A stretch of 24,148 nucleotides of DNA, from positions 1 through 24,148 of IMG/VR virus record IMGVR_UViG_3300010398_000407, one strand, 5' to 3'. The notes beneath the pieces are model-generated. The model saw nothing but the letters and a program-made list of their open reading frames with translations, made no database searches and was not told where the DNA came from. Positions 8,184 through 17,603 of the stretch are shown here, in pieces. Position numbers and translations under genes: made by a program. Each line of letters begins with the position of its first letter. The first letter of the stretch is position 1. This DNA comes from a virus. Taxonomy: Duplodnaviria > Caudoviricetes.

Positions 8184-9388
8184 TGGCGTACACGGCCGCA
8201 GGCTTGTTCGCAGTGCCGAAGCCGACCTTCGCGCGGCCAATCAAGCCGCTCGGTCCTGCTTGGCAGACGCCGGGCGGGCAAATCTTCGGGCACGGGCCGG
8301 TCGTCGACGCGACGCCGTCCTATCAGGCGCCGTCGATCACGCCTCCTTACGGCACTCCGGACACGACGCAGCAACAGCAGACGCCTCCGCCGAAGGCGAC
8401 GCCGATGACGAGCGGCTTCGACACCAGCAAGGTGGCCTCTTACGCGGCCCCGGCAGGGGCTGCTGGAAACTGGAATCCGAACACCGATCCGTTCGTCAGC
8501 AATCTGCTCTCGCAACAGAAGACGGCGGCCGGGAAGTCGGGCGCCAACCTCAGCCAGCAGGCGTGGAATGCGCTGCTCGGCTTCGGTTCGAAGGAACTGG
8601 CGAACGCCTTCATCGGCGGCAACCCCTTCAGCTACATCGACCCCGGTGATCCGACGCAGACGCCGACGAACCCGATGGGAGCCTACTCAGGACTGGTGGG
8701 CACGATCTCCGATGATCCCTACAACTCGGTCTCAACGCTGGGACAGGAGAACTGGGGCTATCTCTGGGGCGGTGGCCCGCTCGGCCAGGGCAGCAACATC
8801 GGTGTCAATCCCTTCAACGAGGCGGAGAACGAAGCCAACCTGTGGTACGGCGGCGGCCGCTTCCTCGGCCTGGCGAACGCAGCGCGGCAGCACCAGCTGA
8901 ACATCGGTGCCGAGACGCGCGCGGTCCAGAACCAGCTGGACGATCTGACCAGCCAGTGGAACGCCGCCTTGGGCGGCTACCAGTCCTCCTACTGGGATGC
9001 GCTGAAGGATGCTTTCTCTCGGCACCTGACTGCTGGGCCAGGGTCGAGCGGTAGCCCGGACGCCCCGGAGAACAAGGTGATCCAGGTGGGGCCGCAAACT
9101 GCAGCTGACGTACCGGCGAACGCGCCCTACGTCGGTGACAACGGCCAGGTCCAGATTCCGACGATCATCGGGCCTGGTGGCCAGATCGGGCCGTTGGACA
9201 CCGGTTCGCCTGCCTACGGCGGGCCGGACATCACCCAGACAGTTCGGCCTTGGAACGATCCGGCGCTGAACCCCCCAGCAGCCACCCCGGAACCGGCCTT
9301 CTCCTGGGCGGCCAACCCGGACCCGCTGCTCCTGGGGATCCTGAACGCTGCCCGCAAGGCTGGCGGAAAGGGGCCGGTCCGTGGCTAA
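8183..9388 (+). CDS. Putative internal virion/ejection protein, 401 aa
   Basis: TGATG coupling; P/G/A/N/Q-rich, no Cys; follows the nozzle gene. Confidence 0.6.
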   Translation: MAYTAAGLFAVPKPTFARPIKPLGPAWQTPGGQIFGHGPVVDATPSYQAPSITPPYGTPDTTQQQQTPPPKATPMTSGFDTSKVASYAAPAGAAGNWNPNTDPFVSNLLSQQKTAAGKSGANLSQQAWNALLGFGSKELANAFIGGNPFSYIDPGDPTQTPTNPMGAYSGLVGTISDDPYNSVSTLGQENWGYLWGGGPLGQGSNIGVNPFNEAENEANLWYGGGRFLGLANAARQHQLNIGAETRAVQNQLDDLTSQWNAALGGYQSSYWDALKDAFSRHLTAGPGSSGSPDAPENKVIQVGPQTAADVPANAPYVGDNGQVQIPTIIGPGGQIGPLDTGSPAYGGPDITQTVRPWNDPALNPPAATPEPAFSWAANPDPLLLGILNAARKAGGKGPVRG

Positions 9389-11546
9389 CGTGACTCCTGG
9401 CGCTGGCTCTCTGCCGATGCCGGTCGCGGCGCCGGGCAAGCCCTATACCTCATCGCAGTGGCTGTCTCTGCCCGCTGGCAAGCGCGGCTTCCAGAGCTAC
9501 CAGCGCTACGTCAACTGGTGGAACACCAAGGTGGGGCCAAGCCTCAGCAACCCGGACCGCAAGCCTGCGGTGGCGACACCACCCGGCGGTGGCTACAACC
9601 CCGGTTTCGTGACTCCGGCGGTCGTCAAGGGTGTGCCCTACCCGTCCTTGCCCTCCTACTTCAACCCGATTTCGAACGCGAACCTGAACGCGCAGGCAAC
9701 AACGAACGTGAACACCAAGCTGAACCCGCTGATCGCGCAGGTGCAGAAGCAGTACGCCGACCTGCTGGCGCGCACCGGATCGCAGTTCGACACCGCCACG
9801 AGGCAGGGCCAGGCGGGGATCAATGCTTCGATGCAGGGCTGGTTGGACGCGGTCAAGGGTTTGCCAGCGAGCATCAACCAGACTTACAACCAGCAGATCG
9901 CAGGGCAGCAAGGGGTCAACGATGCGGTGCAAGCGTTCCTGCAGAAGTCAGGGCAGCAGACGCTGGGCGATCTGACTTCCCAGGCTCAGGCAGCTGGCGC
10001 CCCGGCGGAAACAGTTGCGGGGTTCCAAGGGGGCGCCAGCCCTCTGAACGTCGGCGGGGCGATCACCGGCGGCCGGACGGCCGAGATGGGCTACGGCGCC
10101 GGTGCCCTGACTTCACTGCTGGCACAGCAGCAGGCCGACGTGGCTGGGGCGGAACGGCAGCCGGGACTGATCCATTCCTACGGCGCCGACGCACTGGCGA
10201 GCTTCTTGCAGGACCAATCGACGAAGCGGGCGGCAGCCCTGAGCGACATCACCGGTCAGCAGGAGTCGGCGCTGGGCCAGATCACCGCCCAGGCCCCGGG
10301 GCTGATCCAGGACGTGTACCAGAACCTGCTCGACCGGGAGACGACGAAGGCGCAGATGCGGGCGCAATACGGTGCCGACCGGGCGACCTATCTACAGGGG
10401 ATCCGGAACACGAATGCCGACTACTTGCAGGCGGCGCGGATTTTCAACGCGGGCGCGATCAACGACCAGATGGCGGCGATTGCGAAGGCGACCGGGACGG
10501 CGGCCAGCAACCTGCAGTTCCGTCAGCTGGCGAACGGCGACTACGGCTACTTCGATAAGTCGAACGGATCCTGGTACAAGATCGGCAACGCCGCCAAGCC
10601 GGGTTCTGGTGGGGCCGGTGCCGGTGGTCCCGGTGGTTTCAAGCGCACCGACAAGGTTTTCACCGATGCGGTGAAGTTGGCGCAAGGGTTCTACACCCAG
10701 TTCCCGTCTACGAAAACGACGGTCAACATCGGGTCCAAGTACGCACCGAAGTACGTTCAGAAGACTGTTCCAGGCCATCCAGCCGACAACATGACCGCCT
10801 ACCTGGGTCTGATCTCGTACTACAAGGGCATCTTCCCGAACAAAGACGAGGCCTGGATCGTCGACAAGGCCAAGAATGCTCTGATCGCAGGCCATTACGG
10901 GCAGGCCAAGGATGACCTGGCAAATCCCGCTGCTGCTGCTGCGTACTTCACGAGTATGTCGAAGAAATACGCGGCAAAGCATCAGAACGTGCTGGCGAAA
11001 AAGGCTGCGCGTGAGGCCCAGGCACTCGATCCCGGCCACCCAGTCGGACCGGTTGGGCAAACTGGACAGCAGAAGACGACGGGTATCACGGGGCCGGTAG
11101 GAAAACAGACGCCTCAGCAGAAGCCGGTCATGGGAACACATCGCGCTGGTTACGGCGCTGCGAAGACGGTCGGCCAGCAGACACAGGCTGCGGTCACCAA
11201 GGGGATCAAGTCGGCCGCGAAGACGGCGGCCAACCCGAAGACGTATGCGGGTGTGAAACCGGCAACGACGAAGGCTGCGAAGAAGGTCGGAGGGGCGATC
11301 TACGGGTCGATCGCTGGCAAGCAAACCGACGTCGCGAGGGCGCAGAACGCAAGCGAGAAGAACGCGCTGGCGGACATCGGTGAGCGGATCAAGTCGGGTC
11401 AGTGGAAGCCACTGCCCGGTGCGAAGCCTCAAGACGATGCGAAAATGGCCGCCGAAATCGCGCAGTATCTGCAGAGCAAATACCCGCTGACACCGCTGCG
11501 GGCGCGACAGATAGCAAGCATCGCGATCTTCAACTCAAGGAAGTAG
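9381..11546 (+). CDS. Putative internal virion/ejection protein, 721 aa
   Basis: A/Q/G-rich helical middle, K/A-rich C-terminal third, no Cys. Confidence 0.62.
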   Translation: MANVTPGAGSLPMPVAAPGKPYTSSQWLSLPAGKRGFQSYQRYVNWWNTKVGPSLSNPDRKPAVATPPGGGYNPGFVTPAVVKGVPYPSLPSYFNPISNANLNAQATTNVNTKLNPLIAQVQKQYADLLARTGSQFDTATRQGQAGINASMQGWLDAVKGLPASINQTYNQQIAGQQGVNDAVQAFLQKSGQQTLGDLTSQAQAAGAPAETVAGFQGGASPLNVGGAITGGRTAEMGYGAGALTSLLAQQQADVAGAERQPGLIHSYGADALASFLQDQSTKRAAALSDITGQQESALGQITAQAPGLIQDVYQNLLDRETTKAQMRAQYGADRATYLQGIRNTNADYLQAARIFNAGAINDQMAAIAKATGTAASNLQFRQLANGDYGYFDKSNGSWYKIGNAAKPGSGGAGAGGPGGFKRTDKVFTDAVKLAQGFYTQFPSTKTTVNIGSKYAPKYVQKTVPGHPADNMTAYLGLISYYKGIFPNKDEAWIVDKAKNALIAGHYGQAKDDLANPAAAAAYFTSMSKKYAAKHQNVLAKKAAREAQALDPGHPVGPVGQTGQQKTTGITGPVGKQTPQQKPVMGTHRAGYGAAKTVGQQTQAAVTKGIKSAAKTAANPKTYAGVKPATTKAAKKVGGAIYGSIAGKQTDVARAQNASEKNALADIGERIKSGQWKPLPGAKPQDDAKMAAEIAQYLQSKYPLTPLRARQIASIAIFNSRK

Positions 11547-14500
11547 ATGGCCACTCCGCCGTCAGCCCTCGACCTGGCGATGGAACGGGCTGTGCTGGCG
11601 CAGCACTTGCTGCACAACGCGGTCCGCCAGGACGCAGTCGATAGGGCGACAGCTACCCGGGTCGCGCGCCGCCAGGCGTACATCCGCGAGTTGGGCCGAA
11701 CGCCGATCGCGGCAGCCCCGCATACAGGCGGGGGAGGCATCCTTGGCGGTCTCGAACACGGTGCCGGGTCAATAGGTGGCTGGCTGGGCCGAGGCGTGGT
11801 GACTGCAGGAACCCGGATCGCTGAGACGCCCTTCGGAGTCATCGACATGGCCGCAGCACCCCTGCAAGACGCCATCTCGGCAATCCAAGGAGGCCGCTCC
11901 CACCACACGATCAACCTGCTGCGTGGGATAGCCCAGGGGACGATCCAGGACTACAGGAACTTCCCCCACGATCCCGGTGGCGCGGTACTCGACACGCTGA
12001 TGCTGGCCTCGGGGGGTGCGACTGCTCTCAGCAAGCTTGGCGAGGCTGCGGCGGCCTACAGGGCCGGTGAGTTCGTGCCCAAGACAACAGCCTGGGCGAC
12101 GCGCTACCGCCCGACGCATCTGCCCGGCGGGGACGAGTTCAAGGGGAGACCGTTGTCGCCTGAAGCGCGTGGCTCGCACGGGACAGACGTCACCTACCTG
12201 CCGAGCGAGGAGTCGAGGAATCTGGGTGCGAAGCAGATCGCGCCCAGAGGTGTGCGCGGTGCTGTCGGTGACGTGCTGCGCCGTGTTTCCCGCCAGGACA
12301 CGGAGACCACGGGCGCGCAGCCGCTGACGGACGAGAACTTCATCATCCACAAGAAAACGCAGGGCGAGCGTGGGATCGTGATGGAGACTGGCCCGCTGCG
12401 CGAACCCGGACAAGAGGGATATGGCACGCAGATGGCGCTGGAACGTCTTCCTCGTTCGGTTGCCACGTCGACGAGAGATGCGGAAGGCAACGTGGTTCCT
12501 GGGCCACAAGGGCCACAGGGCGGGCGCACCGTTTGGCGTGTTTGGTGGAAGCCCGCTGATTCGGGCGAGTACCGGGTGCTGAAGTTCAAGCCGACGGCGG
12601 AGGATCACGCGATCGCAGCCAAGCTGGGGATCCCGATCGAAGGGGTTCACGAGCTTGGTTCGCCGCTGTACATCGAGGGCAAGGCGGGTGACATCAAGGA
12701 ACAGTTCAAAGCCGCTGCGGAGCAGCTGCATCAGGGTCGCCCTCCGCATCAGCTGGACATCGTGCAGACGGCAAACATGAAGGAAGCGTCGAATCTGCAG
12801 CAGATCTCGGAGTCACACCAGGCGTTGCAGGACTTCTTGGCCCAGCAGCCAACACCTGCTGCTGAAGCTGCGGCACCGGCTGAGCAACGTGTTGCAGCTG
12901 CAGAGCCTGAGCCGACACCCACACCGGTGCCGGGAAGCCAGGGTGAGCCGTTGCCCGCTTTGCCTGGCGAGGGAGAGATGCCGACCGAGGCAAGCGACGC
13001 GGAGCTTCGGGCGATCGAAGCGGAACAGACAGGGGCGGCGCCGAAGGCGGCCAAGGCGGCCAACCAGGCGGCCGAAGCTGCTGGCGCCAGGCCCTGGACG
13101 AGCGAGACGCTGCCGCCGATCAAGAACCCGCTGGTGGAGAAGATCCTCCCCTATCTGGCCGAGGCGAAGCGGCAGGGTGTGGTTGCGAACCGCGACACGG
13201 TCCTCAAGCAGGCAGGGATCGCGAAGAACACCAAGGGCCTGAAGATGGTCTTTGACCTGGCGAACAAGCGGCTTGCCAGGCATGAAGCCAGCGGCACACT
13301 CGACCACCCGGAACTGCAGATTCCGGGCAGGCCCGCGACGGCGGCGCCCCCCCAGGAGTCAGCGCCTGAAGTCCCGGCTCTTACGGAGGAACAGCGGGCG
13401 CAAGTCGAAAAGGATTTGGAAGACCTGGCTGGGATGGGAAAGGCCACCCCCGAACCTGTGGCCAGTCCAGTTGAAGAGCAGCAGGCCGAACAGGCAGCCA
13501 GGGATGCGGCGAAGCGCTCAGCGCAGGCCGAAGCGAACTCGGCTGACATCCGCGGCTCGATTGCGCCGAAGACGAGCGGTGGCCGGACCTACCACGAGGA
13601 TCCGGAGTGGGAGGCCGAACTGGCCCAGCTGATGGGCAAGAAGACGAAGGCGCCCAGCGAGACCCAGCAGGCGGCCCAGCAGCAGGCGTATGAGGAAGCC
13701 CGCTATGGCGAGACGGCGGGGCGCCAGGATCAGCCGAAGCCAGCAGGGGCCTTGCCGAAGACGAAGCTGGCCCAGCTGGAAGCCGATCTGCACTTCGCTC
13801 AGACGCACGGCGCCGACCCTTACGAGCTTCGCACCCTGCAGGAGGAGATCGCGAACGAGCAGGAGAACATGCGGCAGGCCGCTATCGAGAAGGGCGAAGC
13901 GCCGCCGGTGTTTGGGACGAGGCAAGCTCCGCCAGCTGCGACCCCGTCCCCGGCGGGATTCACCGAAACGCCGCGGCCGACACGCGCCTCGCCGTCAACG
14001 AAGGGGACGTCGACGTTGCGCCAGTACGGGATCGACAAGCGGACGCTGCAGTCGATCGGCGTGACCGAGGAAAAGATCAAGCAGGTCCAGGACGAGGTGC
14101 GCGCTCAGGTCAGGGGCGTCCAGTCGCAGGGAGAGCTGCGCCAGATCGTCCATACGGCTGTTCGAAACGCGGAAGGAAAAGGGACAGCCGACAAGGGGAT
14201 GGGCCAGTGGGATCTGCAGCAGACGAAGTACCACCCGTCCGGCGGTGCTGGCCAGATCCCCTTCGGCACCCGGCTGGGTGCGGCAGCAAGGGCGTTCATG
14301 TCGCCCAGCTTGCCCAGCGAACGGGTGATCGGCACGATCGAACATCAGGTCAGGGGTGGCTACGAACGGAGGAACATCAAGGTCACCCAGCCACTGCCGC
14401 CCTCGGCGCTGGGCAAAGCTCTGCGGCAGACCTCGATCGACATCGCCAACGCTGTGGCGGGCAAGACGCCGCTGAACCCACGGATCGCGGGGATCGTCCG

Positions 14501-16388
14501 GATCACGCGGATGGACAAGCTTGCGCTGAGGTACATGAAGCAGCGCGAGACGATCTCGATCCGGAACGCCGACGCGGTTGACTCGGCCTCAGCGATTGCC
14601 GAGCACGCCGCCGGGATTCCGCATCCGGTCGACCGGGCCGCCTACCTGGCCGAGCAGGTGGCGAAGCTGAAGAAGTCCTACCAGGCCGAAGGCAAGGGTG
14701 GCGGCAGGGCGCTGGACACGCTGAACATGCTGCAGTCGATGGGAGTCCTGTACCTGAAGGGACCCGGCTATCTGGTTCCGAACATGATCGGCCAGGCGTA
14801 CATCGCTGGTACTGACGCCAAGTGGATGCCCTGGAAGGTCATGAAGGGGCTGCATATCGTGAACGGAATGCAGAACCTCGACCCGGTCGCTTTCGAGGCG
14901 GCGATGGGTGGAATGAGGTCGTCGGGTATCACGAGCGCCCAGCAACCTTTCCTCGGCACCAAAGGCCCGGTTGGCGCGGCGGTGCGAACGGCGCATCAGG
15001 CGTTCACCGGCTTCTACGGCCGCTCCCCGAACTGGAGTATCAAACGGCCCTGGCGTGTCTCGGGTCTGGGACTCGACCGGCCCTGGCGCGCTGCTGCCCT
15101 GGGAATGGAACTGGCGCGGCGCGGGATCAAGACGCCGGAGGAAGCGGTGAAGCTGTTCAGCGATCCGGCCAGGCGCGGCGAGATGGTCAACGTGATGCAG
15201 GAAGCGAACCTGAACGCGATCGACTACACGCACATGAGTCATTTCGAACGCACCTTCCTGCGTCGGGTGATGTTCTTCTACCCCTGGATCAGGGCTTCGT
15301 CGGCCTGGACGGTCAGGACGGCGATGAACCACCCGGCGCAGCTGCTGATGCAGACACAGGCCGGAGACATCGCGCGCAAGCAGTGGCAGTCACGGCTGCC
15401 GCCGTTGCCCTCCTACTTGTCGCAGGTGATGCCGGGGCCGAACATCAACGTGCCCCTGCTGGGCAACCTGGGCCATGAGGACATTCCTGTCGTCGGCCGG
15501 GTGCCGCGAGTTTGGAACCCGACTTCGGCTTCGGTGACGGGCAGCCTCGGTGACGTGCTGACCTCAGGGGGCGCTTATCTGCAAGGCCGGGTGGCTAAGA
15601 GCGAGGCCCTGTCCAGGTTCCTGAATCCCGGTGCTTCCTACGCGATCGGGCAGATCACTCACGTCGATCCCTTCACCCAGGCCGCCTACAAGCCGGGCCA
15701 GACGCCGCAAGGGATGTTCTTCCACGACGTCGGCCAGCTGGTCGCACCGGCTTCGATCATCGGAGACACGCTAAAGGCTCGCCAGATCGCTGGTGGGAAC
15801 GTGCCGGGGATCGAAAACAGGCTGGAGCCGAAGACACTCTCCGATGTCGCTGGACGGACGATGTTTGGTGCAGGCCCGATCCCGCTCAACCCGAAGGAAT
15901 CGGAGAGCCGCGCGGCAGCGGACGTCACCAGCTTGATGAATCCGAAGCAGAAGGTCTACTACAACGTCCAGCGGACCAGGCAGGCTTGGCTGGATGCAGC
16001 GAAAAAGGTGGATGCTGCCACGAAGGGCCAGAGCGGGTTGCTGGTGAACGGCAAGCTGCCCCAGCCCGTCGTCAAAGCGCTGCTGGTTTCAGCTACGCGC
16101 GATCGCAACCTGGCCGCTTTCCAGGAGCAGTTCGGTCACAAGCTGCAGCCGATTGAGCGCATCCACGCGGACTTGCACATGCTCCAACAGACGAAGCAGA
16201 TCGCTCCAAAAGAAGCCGCCCAACTGCGCGCCTTCTTGGAGGGCGCACCTGAGTCGACGCAGAGAACCTGGATGCGAAACCTGCGCGAAGCGGTGCTGCG
16301 CGCTGGCAATGCCTACTCGGTGATCAACAACTACCGGCGGCAGCTGAACGCCGCATTGGAGTCGATCGGGGAGGCACCCATTGGCTGA
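11547..16388 (+). CDS. Large internal virion/DNA-ejection protein, 1613 aa
   Basis: Largest ORF, in the ejection-protein position, no Cys. C-terminal IDYTHMSHFERTFLRRVMFFYPW resembles (from recall) a DY...ER...RR..PFY.W motif in large phage virion proteins. Confidence 0.68.
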   Translation: MATPPSALDLAMERAVLAQHLLHNAVRQDAVDRATATRVARRQAYIRELGRTPIAAAPHTGGGGILGGLEHGAGSIGGWLGRGVVTAGTRIAETPFGVIDMAAAPLQDAISAIQGGRSHHTINLLRGIAQGTIQDYRNFPHDPGGAVLDTLMLASGGATALSKLGEAAAAYRAGEFVPKTTAWATRYRPTHLPGGDEFKGRPLSPEARGSHGTDVTYLPSEESRNLGAKQIAPRGVRGAVGDVLRRVSRQDTETTGAQPLTDENFIIHKKTQGERGIVMETGPLREPGQEGYGTQMALERLPRSVATSTRDAEGNVVPGPQGPQGGRTVWRVWWKPADSGEYRVLKFKPTAEDHAIAAKLGIPIEGVHELGSPLYIEGKAGDIKEQFKAAAEQLHQGRPPHQLDIVQTANMKEASNLQQISESHQALQDFLAQQPTPAAEAAAPAEQRVAAAEPEPTPTPVPGSQGEPLPALPGEGEMPTEASDAELRAIEAEQTGAAPKAAKAANQAAEAAGARPWTSETLPPIKNPLVEKILPYLAEAKRQGVVANRDTVLKQAGIAKNTKGLKMVFDLANKRLARHEASGTLDHPELQIPGRPATAAPPQESAPEVPALTEEQRAQVEKDLEDLAGMGKATPEPVASPVEEQQAEQAARDAAKRSAQAEANSADIRGSIAPKTSGGRTYHEDPEWEAELAQLMGKKTKAPSETQQAAQQQAYEEARYGETAGRQDQPKPAGALPKTKLAQLEADLHFAQTHGADPYELRTLQEEIANEQENMRQAAIEKGEAPPVFGTRQAPPAATPSPAGFTETPRPTRASPSTKGTSTLRQYGIDKRTLQSIGVTEEKIKQVQDEVRAQVRGVQSQGELRQIVHTAVRNAEGKGTADKGMGQWDLQQTKYHPSGGAGQIPFGTRLGAAARAFMSPSLPSERVIGTIEHQVRGGYERRNIKVTQPLPPSALGKALRQTSIDIANAVAGKTPLNPRIAGIVRITRMDKLALRYMKQRETISIRNADAVDSASAIAEHAAGIPHPVDRAAYLAEQVAKLKKSYQAEGKGGGRALDTLNMLQSMGVLYLKGPGYLVPNMIGQAYIAGTDAKWMPWKVMKGLHIVNGMQNLDPVAFEAAMGGMRSSGITSAQQPFLGTKGPVGAAVRTAHQAFTGFYGRSPNWSIKRPWRVSGLGLDRPWRAAALGMELARRGIKTPEEAVKLFSDPARRGEMVNVMQEANLNAIDYTHMSHFERTFLRRVMFFYPWIRASSAWTVRTAMNHPAQLLMQTQAGDIARKQWQSRLPPLPSYLSQVMPGPNINVPLLGNLGHEDIPVVGRVPRVWNPTSASVTGSLGDVLTSGGAYLQGRVAKSEALSRFLNPGASYAIGQITHVDPFTQAAYKPGQTPQGMFFHDVGQLVAPASIIGDTLKARQIAGGNVPGIENRLEPKTLSDVAGRTMFGAGPIPLNPKESESRAAADVTSLMNPKQKVYYNVQRTRQAWLDAAKKVDAATKGQSGLLVNGKLPQPVVKALLVSATRDRNLAAFQEQFGHKLQPIERIHADLHMLQQTKQIAPKEAAQLRAFLEGAPESTQRTWMRNLREAVLRAGNAYSVINNYRRQLNAALESIGEAPIG

Positions 16389-17358
16389 TCCCCGTGTTGT
16401 GAAGCTGATCTCGCAGGGCGCCCGCCAGCGGCAGCTGGACCCACGCGCCGTACTGGCCGTCGCTTCGCGCGAAGGTCTCGGTGGTGGGATCGGAGACCAA
16501 GGCACGTCCTACGGCCCCTTCCAGTTGCACAAGGGTGGCGCCTATCCGGGCTTCGCACCGCAGAACCCTTCGGCGGCGCAGGCGTGGGCGATGTCCCCGG
16601 CGGGGATCAACTACGCGCTCGACCAGATTGCCGGTGTCGCCAGAGGCCAGACGGGAAGACAGGCGATCCAGTCGATCGTCAGTCGCTTCGAGCGACCCGC
16701 GAACCCGGCAGGTGAGATCCAGGGGGCGCTTGGTGCCTACGGCGCGCCGCTTCCCAGCGGCCCGTCACTGAACCAGGCTCCCTACGAAACGGCGGGCACG
16801 CTGAGGGCGCGCGGCTCGTCACCGCTGAACCCACACCTGTACCGGGACTTCGCGATGAACCTGCTCAGTGGCGGCTTCCACGGCCCGCAGTCGGTGGAGT
16901 CGATGCTGGGCGCGGTGATGCAGTTGCGCCAGGATCTGGCCAAACAGTCGCCGGTGGCCCAGTCTCATTCCGGGGGCGCAGCTCCGCAGTTCACGGTTTC
17001 GCCCCCGCAGCAAAGCCCAGGGGGCTTCGTCGGCCAGGGATCTGAGAAGGGAATGTCGACCGCCTTCGCGACCAGCCTGAACCAGCTGATCAAAGCTGTG
17101 GGCAACCTGTCGATCACGTCGGGTTACAGGTCGCCCGAGGAGCAGACGTCGCTTTGGAACAACGCGGTCAAGAAGTACGGGTCGGCCGCGGCAGCCCGGA
17201 AGTGGGTGGCCCCCCCAGGCCATTCAAACCACAACAAGGGACTGGCGGCCGACCTGGGAGGAAATCTACAGCTGGCTCACCAGCTGGCGCCGAAGTACGG
17301 GCTGACCTTCCCGATGCCTTGGGAGCCGTGGCATATTGAGCCGATGGGGATTCGCTGA
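16381..17358 (+). CDS. Bifunctional peptidoglycan hydrolase: lysozyme-like N-domain plus M15 (VanY-like) Zn peptidase, 325 aa
   Basis: N-terminal AVASREG..GDQGTSYGPFQLH...FERPA. C-terminal SGYRSPEEQ, VAPPGHSNHNKGLAAD (SxHxxGxAxD) and EPWH. TTG start with GGAGG SD. Confidence 0.85.
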   Translation: MADPRVVKLISQGARQRQLDPRAVLAVASREGLGGGIGDQGTSYGPFQLHKGGAYPGFAPQNPSAAQAWAMSPAGINYALDQIAGVARGQTGRQAIQSIVSRFERPANPAGEIQGALGAYGAPLPSGPSLNQAPYETAGTLRARGSSPLNPHLYRDFAMNLLSGGFHGPQSVESMLGAVMQLRQDLAKQSPVAQSHSGGAAPQFTVSPPQQSPGGFVGQGSEKGMSTAFATSLNQLIKAVGNLSITSGYRSPEEQTSLWNNAVKKYGSAAAARKWVAPPGHSNHNKGLAADLGGNLQLAHQLAPKYGLTFPMPWEPWHIEPMGIR

Positions 17359-17603
17359 TGCACGAGCAGTCGCAAACGATTCAGTTGCCCAACAAACGTT
17401 GGGTAAATGTAATCGGAGGTACACACAAGGTGCTGGTGCCGCAGTACCCATTCGAGGCGCAGTCGTATCCCAACCTGCGGAATGCGCTCTTCGCAGCAGT
17501 CCACCGCTCGTACTGGGAGGGCAGGATGGATCCGTTCCAGCTGGACCCGTTGAACCAGTTTTTGGCAGCCGCCAAGCGGCGTAACCTGAATCGACATGGC
17601 TAG
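17358..17603 (+). CDS. Hypothetical protein, 81 aa
   Basis: TGATG coupling; overlaps the next gene by 8 nt. Confidence 0.65.
   Translation: MHEQSQTIQLPNKRWVNVIGGTHKVLVPQYPFEAQSYPNLRNALFAAVHRSYWEGRMDPFQLDPLNQFLAAAKRRNLNRHG

Noticed and set aside
11544-11549. In-frame TAG-ATG junctions (also 826-831) suggesting amber recoding or readthrough
   Set aside because: Genes are intact under the standard code, TAGs fall at natural boundaries, each downstream ATG has an SD-like sequence, and no suppressor tRNA is visible.
11547-16388. Giant Cys-free protein as a virion RNA polymerase
   Set aside because: I found neither a DxDxD (DFDGD-like) motif nor recognisable T7/N4-type polymerase motifs.
11547-16388. 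Tape measure protein
   Set aside because: No tail tube or tail assembly chaperone genes and no periodic aromatic repeats; context is podovirus-like.
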